64,000 bases of DNA from an uncultured Clostridia bacterium. GTDB taxonomy: Bacteria > Bacillota > Clostridia > TANB77 > CAG-508. Positions 1-9,400 of this stretch are shown one piece after another. The notes below the pieces were generated by a model. It was not told where the DNA came from. It did no database searches and saw only the letters and a program-made list of their open reading frames with translations. The stretch is from contig CAKOPZ010000002.1 in the NCBI GenBank assembly GCA_934101145.1, positions 28,866 through 92,865 of the forward strand, read 5' to 3'. The translations under genes were made by a program, and so were the position numbers. Numbering within the stretch: the first letter of the stretch is position 1; the number at the start of each line of letters is the position of its first letter.

Positions 1-539
1 GTCCATCTAATATAAACCTTGCAGGTGCTGAGGTTGAGCTTGTATCTGTAATGTCAAGAGAGTACAGATTAAAAGAAAAATTAGATGAAGTAAAAGATGA
101 ATATGATTATATAATAATAGATTGTCCACCATCACTTGGACTAATTACCTTAAATGCATTTACTGCATCTGATAGTGTATTAATACCAGTACAATGCGAA
201 TACTATGCATTAGAGGGTCTTGGACAACTTATAAATACAATTAATTTGGTAAAAAAACATTTAAATAAAAACATAGATATTGAAGGTGCATTGCTTACAA
301 TGTATGATGCAAGAACAAATTTATCAAATCAAGTTGTAAAGGAAGTAAAAAAATACTTTAATGATAAAGTATACAAAAATGTAATTCCAAGAAATGTTAA
401 GCTAAGTGAAGCACCAAGTTATGGGATGCCTATATCAATATATGATCCAAGATCAAAAGGTGCAAAGAGCTATGAAAAATTTGTAAAAGAATTTTTAAAA
501 AATAATGATTTAGAAGCAAAGGGAAAACATGCTTTATAA
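1..539 (+). CDS. soj: ParA/Soj family chromosome-partitioning ATPase, C-terminal part (gene starts upstream of window)
   Basis: Frame of ORF 51..539 is open to the window edge. The translated C-terminus ([39 protein letters not shown]...) is the ParA/MinD-type ATPase. It lies directly upstream of parB. Confidence 0.9.
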   Translation, partial: PSNINLAGAEVELVSVMSREYRLKEKLDEVKDEYDYIIIDCPPSLGLITLNAFTASDSVLIPVQCEYYALEGLGQLINTINLVKKHLNKNIDIEGALLTMYDARTNLSNQVVKEVKKYFNDKVYKNVIPRNVKLSEAPSYGMPISIYDPRSKGAKSYEKFVKEFLKNNDLEAKGKHAL

Positions 540-563
540 AATAAATTGTAAGGAGGTAGAAAA

Positions 564-1430
564 ATGGCAAAAAAAACAGGATTAGGAAAAGGATTGGATG
601 CTTTATTTGCAGATAATACATTGTTACAACAAGAGGAAGAGAAAACAGATGAATTAAAAGAGGGAGAAGAAATTGTTAAAAATATAAAGATTATAGAGAT
701 AGAACCTAATAGAGATCAACCAAGAAAAGTATTTGATAACGAATCATTAGAAGAACTTGCAGAATCTATAAAGAAATATGGTGTAATACAACCAATTATC
801 GTTAAAAAAAGAGAAAATTACTATGAAATTGTTGCTGGAGAAAGACGATGGAGAGCTTCAAAAAAAGCAGGTCTTACAGAAATGCCATGTATAATTAGAG
901 ATGATGATGAAAGAAAGAATAGAGAAATTGCATTGATAGAAAATATACAAAGAGAGGATTTAAACCCTATTGATAAAGCAAGAGGATTTAAGTTATTGCT
1001 TAACGAATATGAGATGACACAACAAGAACTTGCTGATACACTTGGCATAAGTAGAAGTGGAGTTGCAAATACTATAAGAATCCTAAACTTAGATCCAAGA
1101 GTAATAAAGCTTGCAGAAGAAGGAAGAATTTCAGAAGCTCATTGTAGATCACTTGTATCAGTTCAAGACCCAGAAAAGCAATATAAATTAGCGTTAAAGA
1201 TAATTGAAAAAGGTGAAAGTGTAAAAGCATTAGAACAATCAATGAAAAATCATAGAAAAGCTCAGAAAATGGATCCTAAGTATGATGCAATTTTTAGAGA
1301 TATAGAAGATTCATTCCAAGGATTTTTTGGCACTAAAGTCAAATTAGACGCAAAAAAAAGATCAGGAAGGATAATTATAAGCTATACATCAAATGACGAC
1401 TTAGAGCGTATTTTAAACTTAATAAAATAA
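564..1430 (+). CDS. spo0J: ParB/Spo0J chromosome partitioning protein
   Basis: 288 aa starting MAKKTGLGKGLDALF. Has a ParB N-domain (IEPNRDQPRKVFD, IVAGERRWRA) and HTH. RBS is aggaggtag, 7 nt upstream. Confidence 0.93.
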   Translation: MAKKTGLGKGLDALFADNTLLQQEEEKTDELKEGEEIVKNIKIIEIEPNRDQPRKVFDNESLEELAESIKKYGVIQPIIVKKRENYYEIVAGERRWRASKKAGLTEMPCIIRDDDERKNREIALIENIQREDLNPIDKARGFKLLLNEYEMTQQELADTLGISRSGVANTIRILNLDPRVIKLAEEGRISEAHCRSLVSVQDPEKQYKLALKIIEKGESVKALEQSMKNHRKAQKMDPKYDAIFRDIEDSFQGFFGTKVKLDAKKRSGRIIISYTSNDDLERILNLIK

Positions 1431-1448
1431 TAAGCAAAAGGAGAAAAT

Positions 1449-1949
1449 ATGGAAGTAATTTTAGAATTTTTTAGATCAGATACTTTTTTATTTATTTTAT
1501 TTATAAGTGTAATAATTTTACTTGCACTTTATATAGCAAATTCAATAAAATTAAATAAATTAAGAAAAAGTTATGCTAATTTTATGAAAAAATTAGGAAA
1601 TGGAAATAATGTAGATGAAATGTTAAGAGCATATATTTTTGAAGTAGAAAAAGTAGCAAAGAAAAATGAAGAAATCGTTTCATATTATGAAGGACTAAAT
1701 GAGCATATTGCAAGATGCACTCAAAAGATAGGAATGGTTAGATATAATGCTTTTAGAGATACTGGAAGCGATTTAAGCTTTGCGTTGGCACTTTTAAATG
1801 AACACAATGATGGAGTAGTATTAAATGGAATTTATGCACGTGACATGTCAAATATATATGCAAAACCTATTGAAAATGGAGAATCGAAATATGTTCTTTC
1901 AAACGAAGAAAAAGAAGCATTAAATAAAGCTATAAATAGTATTAAATAA
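1449..1949 (+). CDS. DUF4446 family protein (conserved downstream of spo0J in Firmicutes)
   Basis: 166 aa with N-terminal TM helix then soluble domain. RBS is aaaggag. Position after parB is typical for this family. Confidence 0.6.
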   Translation: MEVILEFFRSDTFLFILFISVIILLALYIANSIKLNKLRKSYANFMKKLGNGNNVDEMLRAYIFEVEKVAKKNEEIVSYYEGLNEHIARCTQKIGMVRYNAFRDTGSDLSFALALLNEHNDGVVLNGIYARDMSNIYAKPIENGESKYVLSNEEKEALNKAINSIK

Positions 1950-1960
1950 ATTTTAAAAAA

Positions 1961-1998
1961 TAATAATTAATAAAACAATATTAATTATTATTTTTTTT
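1961..1998 (+). terminator. Rho-independent terminator after DUF4446 gene
   Basis: Stem aataattaat / attaattatt (1962-1971 / 1982-1991) followed by a T8 run. Confidence 0.5.
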
Positions 1999-2284
1999 GG
2001 CTAAAATAAATAAAATAATAATTAAAAAAAATAAATAAAAAAAATAAATAAAAAAAATAAATAAAATAAATAAAATAAATAAAATAATTAATTAAATAAA
2101 TAATTAATTAAATAAATAATTAATTAAATAAATAATTCAATTAAATAAATAAAATTAAATAAAATTAAATAAAATAATTCAATTAAATAAATTAATTTTA
2201 TTAATTAAAAATAATTTTAATAAAAAAATATTAATAATTTTATTTAATTTATTAAAATAGTAAATAAATAATTTGTAGTAAGAT

Positions 2285-2600
2285 TAATTATTATCGTTAC
2301 AACAATACAGTTGTCAAAAAGTAAATATTAATATAGGTAGGGGGAATTCAACAGATAAGAGTAAATGTATAGATTGAATAAAATATAAGATAAAATATTA
2401 AAGAATAAGGTATAAATTAAGAAAAAATATAAGCTGAAAAATATCGGAATAAAGAAAAAATTAAAAATATGGAAAAATAACAAGTTGTGTATATATGATT
2501 GACATAATTTTTGTAAATATAATAAGTTAAATGAGATTATAGAAAAAATATGGAAAAATTATAGATATGTTATCCAAAATGACAAAAAACATAAAACGAA
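2285..2600. repeat. Copy 1 of a diverged ~280-bp duplicated non-coding unit inside a 1.75-kb AT-only tract
   Basis: Carries the blocks atacagttgtcaaaaagtaaatattaa (2308), tcggaataaagaaaaaatt (2444) and ttatccaaaatgacaaaaa (2569). The same blocks occur in the same order and spacing at 3038, 3183 and 3311. Confidence 0.6.
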
Positions 2601-3029
2601 TAAAAAAGATAAAAAATAAAGAATCATGTATAAAAAATTCTTGAATATAAAATAATAAAAGTAATATTAGAAAATAATTAATGAAAAATAAAAAATAAAA
2701 TAAATAAATTAATTAAATAAAAAAGAATAAATTAAATAAAATATTAAATTAATAATATTATTAAATTAATTATTTTATTTAATAAAAATAATTAATTTAA
2801 AATAAAATATATTATAAAAAAATATTAAAATAAAATTATAGAAATATTTAATAAATTAAAAATATAAAAAAAGTATTTTTAATTTAAATTAATAAAAAAG
2901 AATAAAAATCAAATTAATATATAAATAAAAATAATATAATTGTAAAAAATGATAAAAAATCAATTTTTTAGTTAAATTAAAATTTGCATACATGTGTAAT
3001 ATGGTAAATAAAAAATTGAAGGATATGCA

Positions 3030-3340
3030 AAACAAAATACAGTTGTCAAAAAGTAAATATTAAAATAAATAGAAAAATATACAATGCAGAGCATGATTAA
3101 TATAATTGATAAGAAATAAAAATGATACTAAAAAATAAGGGGGAAAATTAAGAAAATCGAAAAAAATATAAGGGGAAAAGCTTCGGAATAAAGAAAAATT
3201 GAAAAATAGTATTTAAATAAGTTATATAGAAACCATAATTAACATAATCTGAAACATGAAAACTAATTGGTTATAATAGCAGGAGATAAGAGTAAAAATT
3301 TTAGAAACATTATCCAAAATGACAAAAAGAAACGGCAACT
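3030..3340. repeat. Copy 2 of the diverged duplicated non-coding unit
   Basis: Same three conserved blocks as 2285-2600. Flanked by pure A/T microsatellite-like runs (for example the aaataaataattaattaaat units at 2030-2200). Confidence 0.6.
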
Positions 3341-3670
3341 AAGTAGAATAAATATTTCACCTAATTATACAATAAATTGTCAAATATGAAATTTGAAAAT
3401 CACTAAAATAATAAAATAATAAAATAAATAATTAAATGATAATAAAATAAAAATATTAATTAATTATTTTATTTTAAAATAATTAATTAAATAAATTGAT
3501 AAAAAATATTCATTTATTTAATTAAAAGAAAATTTATTATTTTTAATTAATAATATTTAAATAAATTAATAAAATAGATAAATAATAAATAATAAATAAT
3601 TAATTAAAAATTTGAATTTAACTTTTCATTTTACGATAAATTAAAAAGCTTATTTTTTGCGGAATTAGTA

Positions 3671-3699
3671 TTGACAAGTGTGGTAGAAATATGTTAATA
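3671..3699 (+). promoter_or_regulatory. sigma-A type promoter for the tRNA-Ser pair
   Basis: TTGACA (3671-3676), 17-nt spacer, TTAATA (3694-3699), about 33 nt upstream of the first tRNA. Confidence 0.55.
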
Positions 3700-3732
3700 T
3701 ATTACTGTTATCGGAAATGATTACCGATATTC

Positions 3733-3824
<92 letters not shown>

Positions 3825-3849
3825 TTTTTTTATTATATGAAAACTTAAT

Positions 3850-3940
3850 GGAGGCTTACCCAAGTGGCTGAAGGGGACAGTTTGCTAAACTGTTAGGGTT
3901 CGCAAGGGCCGCGAGGGTTCAAATCCCTCAGCTTCCGCCA
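3850..3940 (+). tRNA. tRNA-Ser (anticodon GCT)
   Basis: GGAGGCT...AGCTTCC acceptor plus CCA. Anticodon arm CAGTT-TGCTAAA-AACTG. Long variable arm and GGTTCAAATCC T-loop. Confidence 0.9.
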
Positions 3941-3945
3941 AAAAA

Positions 3946-3980
3946 ATGTTAAAGTATTTATTACTTTAACATTTTTTTAT
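3946..3980. terminator. Bidirectional hairpin terminator (tRNA operon and convergent RHH gene)
   Basis: Stem atgttaaagta / tactttaacat, flanked by A-run and T-run. Confidence 0.55.
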
Positions 3981-4157
3981 TTCTTTTATTTCTGATATAT
4001 CCATATTTTCAATAGCGAATTTTATCATTGCATTGACAATATAATTATAAGATTTTTTATTTTTTTTTGATAATTTATCTATTATTTCAAAATCATTTTC
4101 ATCTACTCTAATTGAAAAAGGAACTTTATTAACACCACTTGGAATTTTAAAAGCCAT
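3966..4157 (-). CDS. Small ribbon-helix-helix (CopG/Arc/MetJ-like) DNA-binding protein, orphan
   Basis: 63 aa. Has a beta-strand (VPFSIRVDE) followed by two helices (NDFEIIDKLSKK; YNYIVNAMIKFAIEN), typical of an RHH fold. No partner toxin gene adjacent. Confidence 0.45.
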   Translation of the reverse strand: MAFKIPSGVNKVPFSIRVDENDFEIIDKLSKKNKKSYNYIVNAMIKFAIENMDISEIKEIKKC

Positions 4158-4322
4158 ATTCCACCACCTTTTAAACCAAATTTAATTTAAAATTAATTTT
4201 ATAATTTGACTAAGCATATGTATAGTTTATCAAATAAACCAAAAAATAAACCAAATCTATTGATTTATTTTTTTATAGAATATATAATAATATCGAAATA
4301 AATGGAAAGGAGGGGGTTTTTA

Positions 4323-4646
4323 ATGAGCGAGAATGAGTTAAATAATATTAAAGAAAAATCTGAAACTAATAATTCTTGGGGAAAAAATGTTATTGTAGTG
4401 TTATTAGTAATAATATCAATAATATTATTGGTTTTAAGTGTAAATTTTATAAAGGAAGGATTTTATAAAAAAGATACTTATTATTTAAATGGGAGCTATT
4501 CTAAAAATGCTTATGTTGGAGGTGATGCATATAATTATATTATCAATGCAGAATATTTCGCAGGTTATGTTACACTTGGTGGATGTTTTATGATTTCTTC
4601 AACTATTTGTGTAACTTCTGCAATTAAATTAAAACTACGTAAATAA
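4323..4646 (+). CDS. Hypothetical membrane protein
   Basis: ATG at 4323 preceded by aggaggggg RBS. One TM helix (VIVVLLVIISIILLVL) and a C-terminal hydrophobic segment. Confidence 0.5.
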   Translation: MSENELNNIKEKSETNNSWGKNVIVVLLVIISIILLVLSVNFIKEGFYKKDTYYLNGSYSKNAYVGGDAYNYIINAEYFAGYVTLGGCFMISSTICVTSAIKLKLRK

Positions 4647-4674
4647 AATTATTTGAAATTATAGGGGAGATTAT

Positions 4675-5694
4675 ATGAGTAAATGTAATAAAATTAAATT
4701 AAATAAAAAAACTATAATAATTTTAATACTTATTTTTGCAATAATTATCTTAGGAATTTTTATTTATGCATCACAATTTAATATTTTTAAAATTTTATAT
4801 AATAATAATAATTCACTAGCAAAACAAATATATATTTTTAATAAGTCTAATTATAAGTTTAATAATAACGTGTCAGATTTTTTTTCGAAAAAATTTGAAG
4901 AATTAATTGAAAAATATAAATCAGATGAAATTTCAACTCAAGAATTAGAAAATGAAATTAATAATTATAAAGAATATGTAGATTATACAGAAAAAGTTGA
5001 GAACGAAAAAAAATATAAAGACGAATTGGGTAAGGCAAATGAATTTTTTAACAATAAAGAATATGAGAAGGCACTAAAGATATATGTTAAATTAAATAAT
5101 TTGGAGTATAAAGATTTAACAGAGGAAATTGATAAATCAAAACAAGGAGTAAAAAAAGAGACATTAAAAATAGTAGATGAATTAAAAGAGAATAAGAATT
5201 ATTCTAAAGCCATTGAAAAAATTAATAATATTAAAATGTATTACTCAGATGATAAAGAATTAAATAATTTATTGTCGGAATTAAAAAAATTAGAGGAAAA
5301 GCAGAAAGAAGAAGAAAAAATAAAAGATTTAAAATCTACTATTAAAGTTACAAAAGTGTGGACCTCAAGTCCTAATTCTGCAGGTGGAGTAGATTTATTT
5401 ATTAATTGGAAAAATTTATCTAATAAAGTTGTTAAATATGCATATTTTACAGTTATACCATATAATTCAGTTAAAGATAATGTTACATGTACAATAAGGA
5501 AATATTCAAGATTCACCGCACAAGATGAAGGACCATATAAAAAAGGACAAGGACTAAGTGGTACATATTGGAGATGGGAAAATGCTTGGTATAATTATAC
5601 TATAAAAGGTGTGAATTTATGTGAAGTTGAGATAGAATATATGGATGGTTCAAGCATAACTATTCACGATGACTATATTAAATATATTATGTAG
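4675..5694 (+). CDS. Hypothetical membrane-anchored protein with coiled-coil/TPR-like middle and C-terminal globular domain
   Basis: 339 aa. Has an N-terminal TM (IIILILIFAIIILGIFIYA) and a K/E-rich coiled region. RBS is ggggaga. Confidence 0.5.
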   Translation: MSKCNKIKLNKKTIIILILIFAIIILGIFIYASQFNIFKILYNNNNSLAKQIYIFNKSNYKFNNNVSDFFSKKFEELIEKYKSDEISTQELENEINNYKEYVDYTEKVENEKKYKDELGKANEFFNNKEYEKALKIYVKLNNLEYKDLTEEIDKSKQGVKKETLKIVDELKENKNYSKAIEKINNIKMYYSDDKELNNLLSELKKLEEKQKEEEKIKDLKSTIKVTKVWTSSPNSAGGVDLFINWKNLSNKVVKYAYFTVIPYNSVKDNVTCTIRKYSRFTAQDEGPYKKGQGLSGTYWRWENAWYNYTIKGVNLCEVEIEYMDGSSITIHDDYIKYIM

Positions 5695-5703
5695 TAATAA
5701 AAG

Positions 5704-6342
5704 GTGGTAAATATGAGTAAAAAAATAAGAATATCATTAATAATAGCTATAATATTTTTTATTTTAGTAACTTTTACAATCGTGATTTTTAAACCGAAAT
5801 ATGAGTTAAATAAGGCTATTGAATATTTAAAAAAAGGTAATTATATAGAATCTTATAATTATATTGAAAGCAAAGATAATGATGAAAATAAAGTAATTAT
5901 AAAAGAACTTATATCGCAGATATTTTATAATAGAGCAGGAAAAGGATTAAAAAAAATTGATGATATTAGCAATAAATGCACGGATATTGTTAGAAAAGTT
6001 GATATAAATAATATTGACTATACATTAGATGATAATATTAATGTGGATGTTAAAGCACTTGGAAAATATATGAGTTTAAAAGAAGAAATATCAAAGGATA
6101 TGATAGATTCAGAAATTGCAGAAAGTTATGATATATATTTTAATATAATAGAATATATAAGTGAAAATTTTTATGATGTATTAAATCATATTAAAGATAA
6201 AGAATTTATAGATAAAATAGACGAGCTTTCATCAGATATGTTGAAGATTTCAAATGATTGTAATTACTATACGGATAATCATAATTTTAACCCAAAAACA
6301 AAAAAGATTTTTTTAAAAATTGAAAATTATATAATTAAATAA
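5704..6342 (+). CDS. Hypothetical membrane-anchored protein
   Basis: 212 aa with N-terminal TM. RBS is aaggtgg. Same strand and spacing as the upstream gene, so likely an operon. Confidence 0.5.
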   Translation: MVNMSKKIRISLIIAIIFFILVTFTIVIFKPKYELNKAIEYLKKGNYIESYNYIESKDNDENKVIIKELISQIFYNRAGKGLKKIDDISNKCTDIVRKVDINNIDYTLDDNINVDVKALGKYMSLKEEISKDMIDSEIAESYDIYFNIIEYISENFYDVLNHIKDKEFIDKIDELSSDMLKISNDCNYYTDNHNFNPKTKKIFLKIENYIIK

Positions 6343-6354
6343 AGTAGAAAAAGT

Positions 6355-6394
6355 AAACACTCCATATTAAACTTTTGTCTAATATGGAGTGTTT
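6355..6394. terminator. Bidirectional terminator between convergent genes
   Basis: Perfect 15-bp stem aaacactccatatta / taatatggagtgttt. Confidence 0.6.
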
Positions 6395-6425
6395 ATACTA
6401 TTACAGTATCTTTATAAAATTATAT

Positions 6426-9400
6426 TTATTTTTTACTAGAAACTTCTTTTTTATTTGTTTCTTTTTCTGTAGTTTTATTTTCTTCTTTTATTGCATTTTT
6501 TTCAGCTTGTTGTTTCTTTAAATTGTCTTTTGCAACTGTCATTAATAATTTAATTCTATTTGTTTGATTTGCTTCACTTGCACCTGGATCATAGTCTATA
6601 GGTGAAATATTTGCATCTGGAAATTCGTTTCTTATTGTTTTTATAACACCTTTTCCAACAACATGGTTTGGAAGACATGCAAATGGTTGAACACAAACGA
6701 TATTTGGAATTCCACTTTCAATATATTCAATCATTTCAGCAGTTAAGAACCAACCTTCACCTGTTTGATTTCCAATTGAAAGAATATTTTTTACCTTATC
6801 TTCTAATTCCCAAATGTTACATGGTTGTAAATATCCTTTTTTAGAATTTGCAAGTGCTATACGTTCATCTTTTTCTAATAAATCAATTAATTTTATTGCT
6901 GTTTTAAATATTTTTGATTTAATTTTATCTGTTTTTATTAATTGATTGAATGTTATTTTATGTGTTGCTATAAATTTAATAAATCCCATGAAATCTGGAA
7001 GTACAACTTCTGCGCCTTCTTCTTCTAGTTTATCTGCAACAAAGTTATTTCCATATGGATGATATTTAATTAAGACTTCTCCAACAATTCCTACTTTTGG
7101 TTTTTCAACAGATGTATCTAATTCTATTTTTTCGAAGTCGTTAACTATATCATAAATGCTTTGTTTAAATTCTTTCATACTAGATTTTTCTAGCAATTTT
7201 TTGCATTTTTCCATCCATTCATCAAATAATTTTTGTGTTTCACCTTTATTTACTTCATATGCTCTATTTTTTGTAAGCATTTTTTGCAATAAATCTGCAT
7301 ATACAACCATTTTTAATAGTTTTTCTATAAGTGGTAATGTTATTTTAAATCCAGGCATTTTTTCCATACCAACAACGTTAAATGATATTACTGGTACATT
7401 TTCAAATCCTGCGTCTTTTAAGGCTTTACGTATAAATCCTATATAGTTTGTAGCTCTACAGCCTCCACCTGTTTGTGACATAATTAATGCTGTTTTATTT
7501 ATATCATATTTACCAGATTCTAATGCTTCAATCATTTGACCTGTTGTTAAAATTGATGGATAACATGCATCATTATTTACGTATTTTAAGCCTGTTTCAA
7601 CAGTGTGTTCTGTGCAATTTCTTAATAATTCTACATTATATCCACAAGAACGTACCGCAGTTTCAAGTAGCTCAAAATGAATTGGTGCCATTTGTGGAAT
7701 TAGTATTGTGTAACCTTCATCTTTCATTTCCTTTGTAAAGATTTTTTTATGTATTTCATAATCTCCGGTACCTTTTTCTAATTCTTTATTTGCAAGACGT
7801 TTTTTCATACTTGCAAGTAATGAACGTATACGAATTCTAACGGCTCCAAGGTTATTTATTTCATCTATTTTTATTAGTGTGTACATTTTTCCATAGCTTG
7901 TTAAAATTTCTTCTACTTGATCTGTTGTAACAGCATCAACACCGCATCCAAATGAATTTAGTTGAACAAGTTCAAGGTTATCATGTTTTCCAACAAAATC
8001 TGCTGCCGCATATAATCTTGCGTGGAATACCCATTGATTTACAACTCTTAATGGCTTAGGGTCTGCTTGATTGCTAATGCTATCTTCTGTTAAAACACAT
8101 AAGCCAAGACTTGTGATTAATGTATCTATTCCATGATTTACTTCTGGGTCAACGTGATATGGTCTTCCAGCAAGTACGATACCTTTTAAGTTGTTTTTTT
8201 CTATGTATTCAACGGTTTCTTGACCTTTTTTTCTAATATCTTCTTTGAAGTTTTGATATTCTTCTTCTGCTTTTTTTGCTGCTTCCAATAATTCTTTTTT
8301 AGTAAAATTATATTCTGCAAATTCTGGTAATTCCATTATTGTTTTTGCTAAGTTTTTAGCTTCAAATGGTAAAAATGGATTTAGGAATTTTATATCTTTT
8401 TCTTTTAATTCTTCAATATTATTTTTTAATACTTCTGAATAAGAAATTACAATAGGACAATTGTAATGGTTATCAGCCTTGTCATATTCTTTTCTTGAAT
8501 ATGGCATACATGGATAGAATATTGTTTTTATTCCCTGTTTTATTAATCCAATTATATGACCATGTGATAGTTTTGCTGGGAAGCAAACGGATTCAGATGG
8601 CATTGATTCCATTCCTTTTTCGTATGTTTTTCTGTTACTTTTTTCAGAAATTATAACTCTAAAACCAAGGTTTGTAAGGAATGTAAACCAGAAAGGATAG
8701 TCTTCATACATATTTAAAACTCTAGGAATACCAATAGTTCCACGTGGTGCATCCTTTTCGTCTAATGGTTTATAATTAAATAGTCTTTCATATTTATATT
8801 TAACAAGGTTTGGAAGCTCTGTTTTTCCTTGTACAATTCCTGCACCTTTTTCGCAACGATTACCTGAAATATATCTTGCTCCATTGCTAAATTTATTTAT
8901 TGTAAGTAAGCAATGATTTTCACATCCATTACAACGAACATGTGATATATCTATTTTTAATTTATCTAAGTCTTCATTTTTTGTAATTGTTGAAACATAT
9001 TCCATGTCTAGGTTTGCTTCATATTGTTCTTTTGCAAGAAGTGCAACACCATATGCTCCCATAAGTCCTGCGATATCAGGCCTTACAACATTTCTTCCAA
9101 CAATTAATTCAAATGCACGAAGAACGGCATCATTGTAGAATGTTCCACCTTGAACTACTATATGTGCACCAAGTTTTTTCATATCTCTTATTTTCATAAC
9201 TTTTTGAATAGCATTTTTTATAACAGAATATGATAAACCAGCTGATATATCTCCTACAGAATATCCTTCTTTTTGAGCTTGTTTAATTTTAGAATTCATG
9301 AAAACTGTACATCTTGAACCTAAATCAACAGGTCTTCTTGATTCTATTGCAGCTTGAACAAATTCTTCTATACTTAAATTCAAACTTTTGGCAAATGTTT

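Noticed and set aside
2568-3330. TTATCCAAA DnaA-box-like motifs suggesting oriC in the 1.75-kb AT tract
   Set aside because: There are only two one-mismatch boxes, ~740 bp apart, and no box cluster or adjacent dnaA. In Firmicutes oriC flanks dnaA rather than spo0J. They are kept only as part of the conserved-block observation.
7156-7738. Opposite-strand ORFs inside the 1444-aa gene (7156-7446, 7487-7738). Similar antisense ORFs occur inside other genes (for example 11102-11421, 21366-22039, 53868-54425, 60290-60913).
   Set aside because: They are embedded antisense to well-supported genes. They lack an RBS and show hydrophobic low-complexity translations typical of AT-rich antisense frames.
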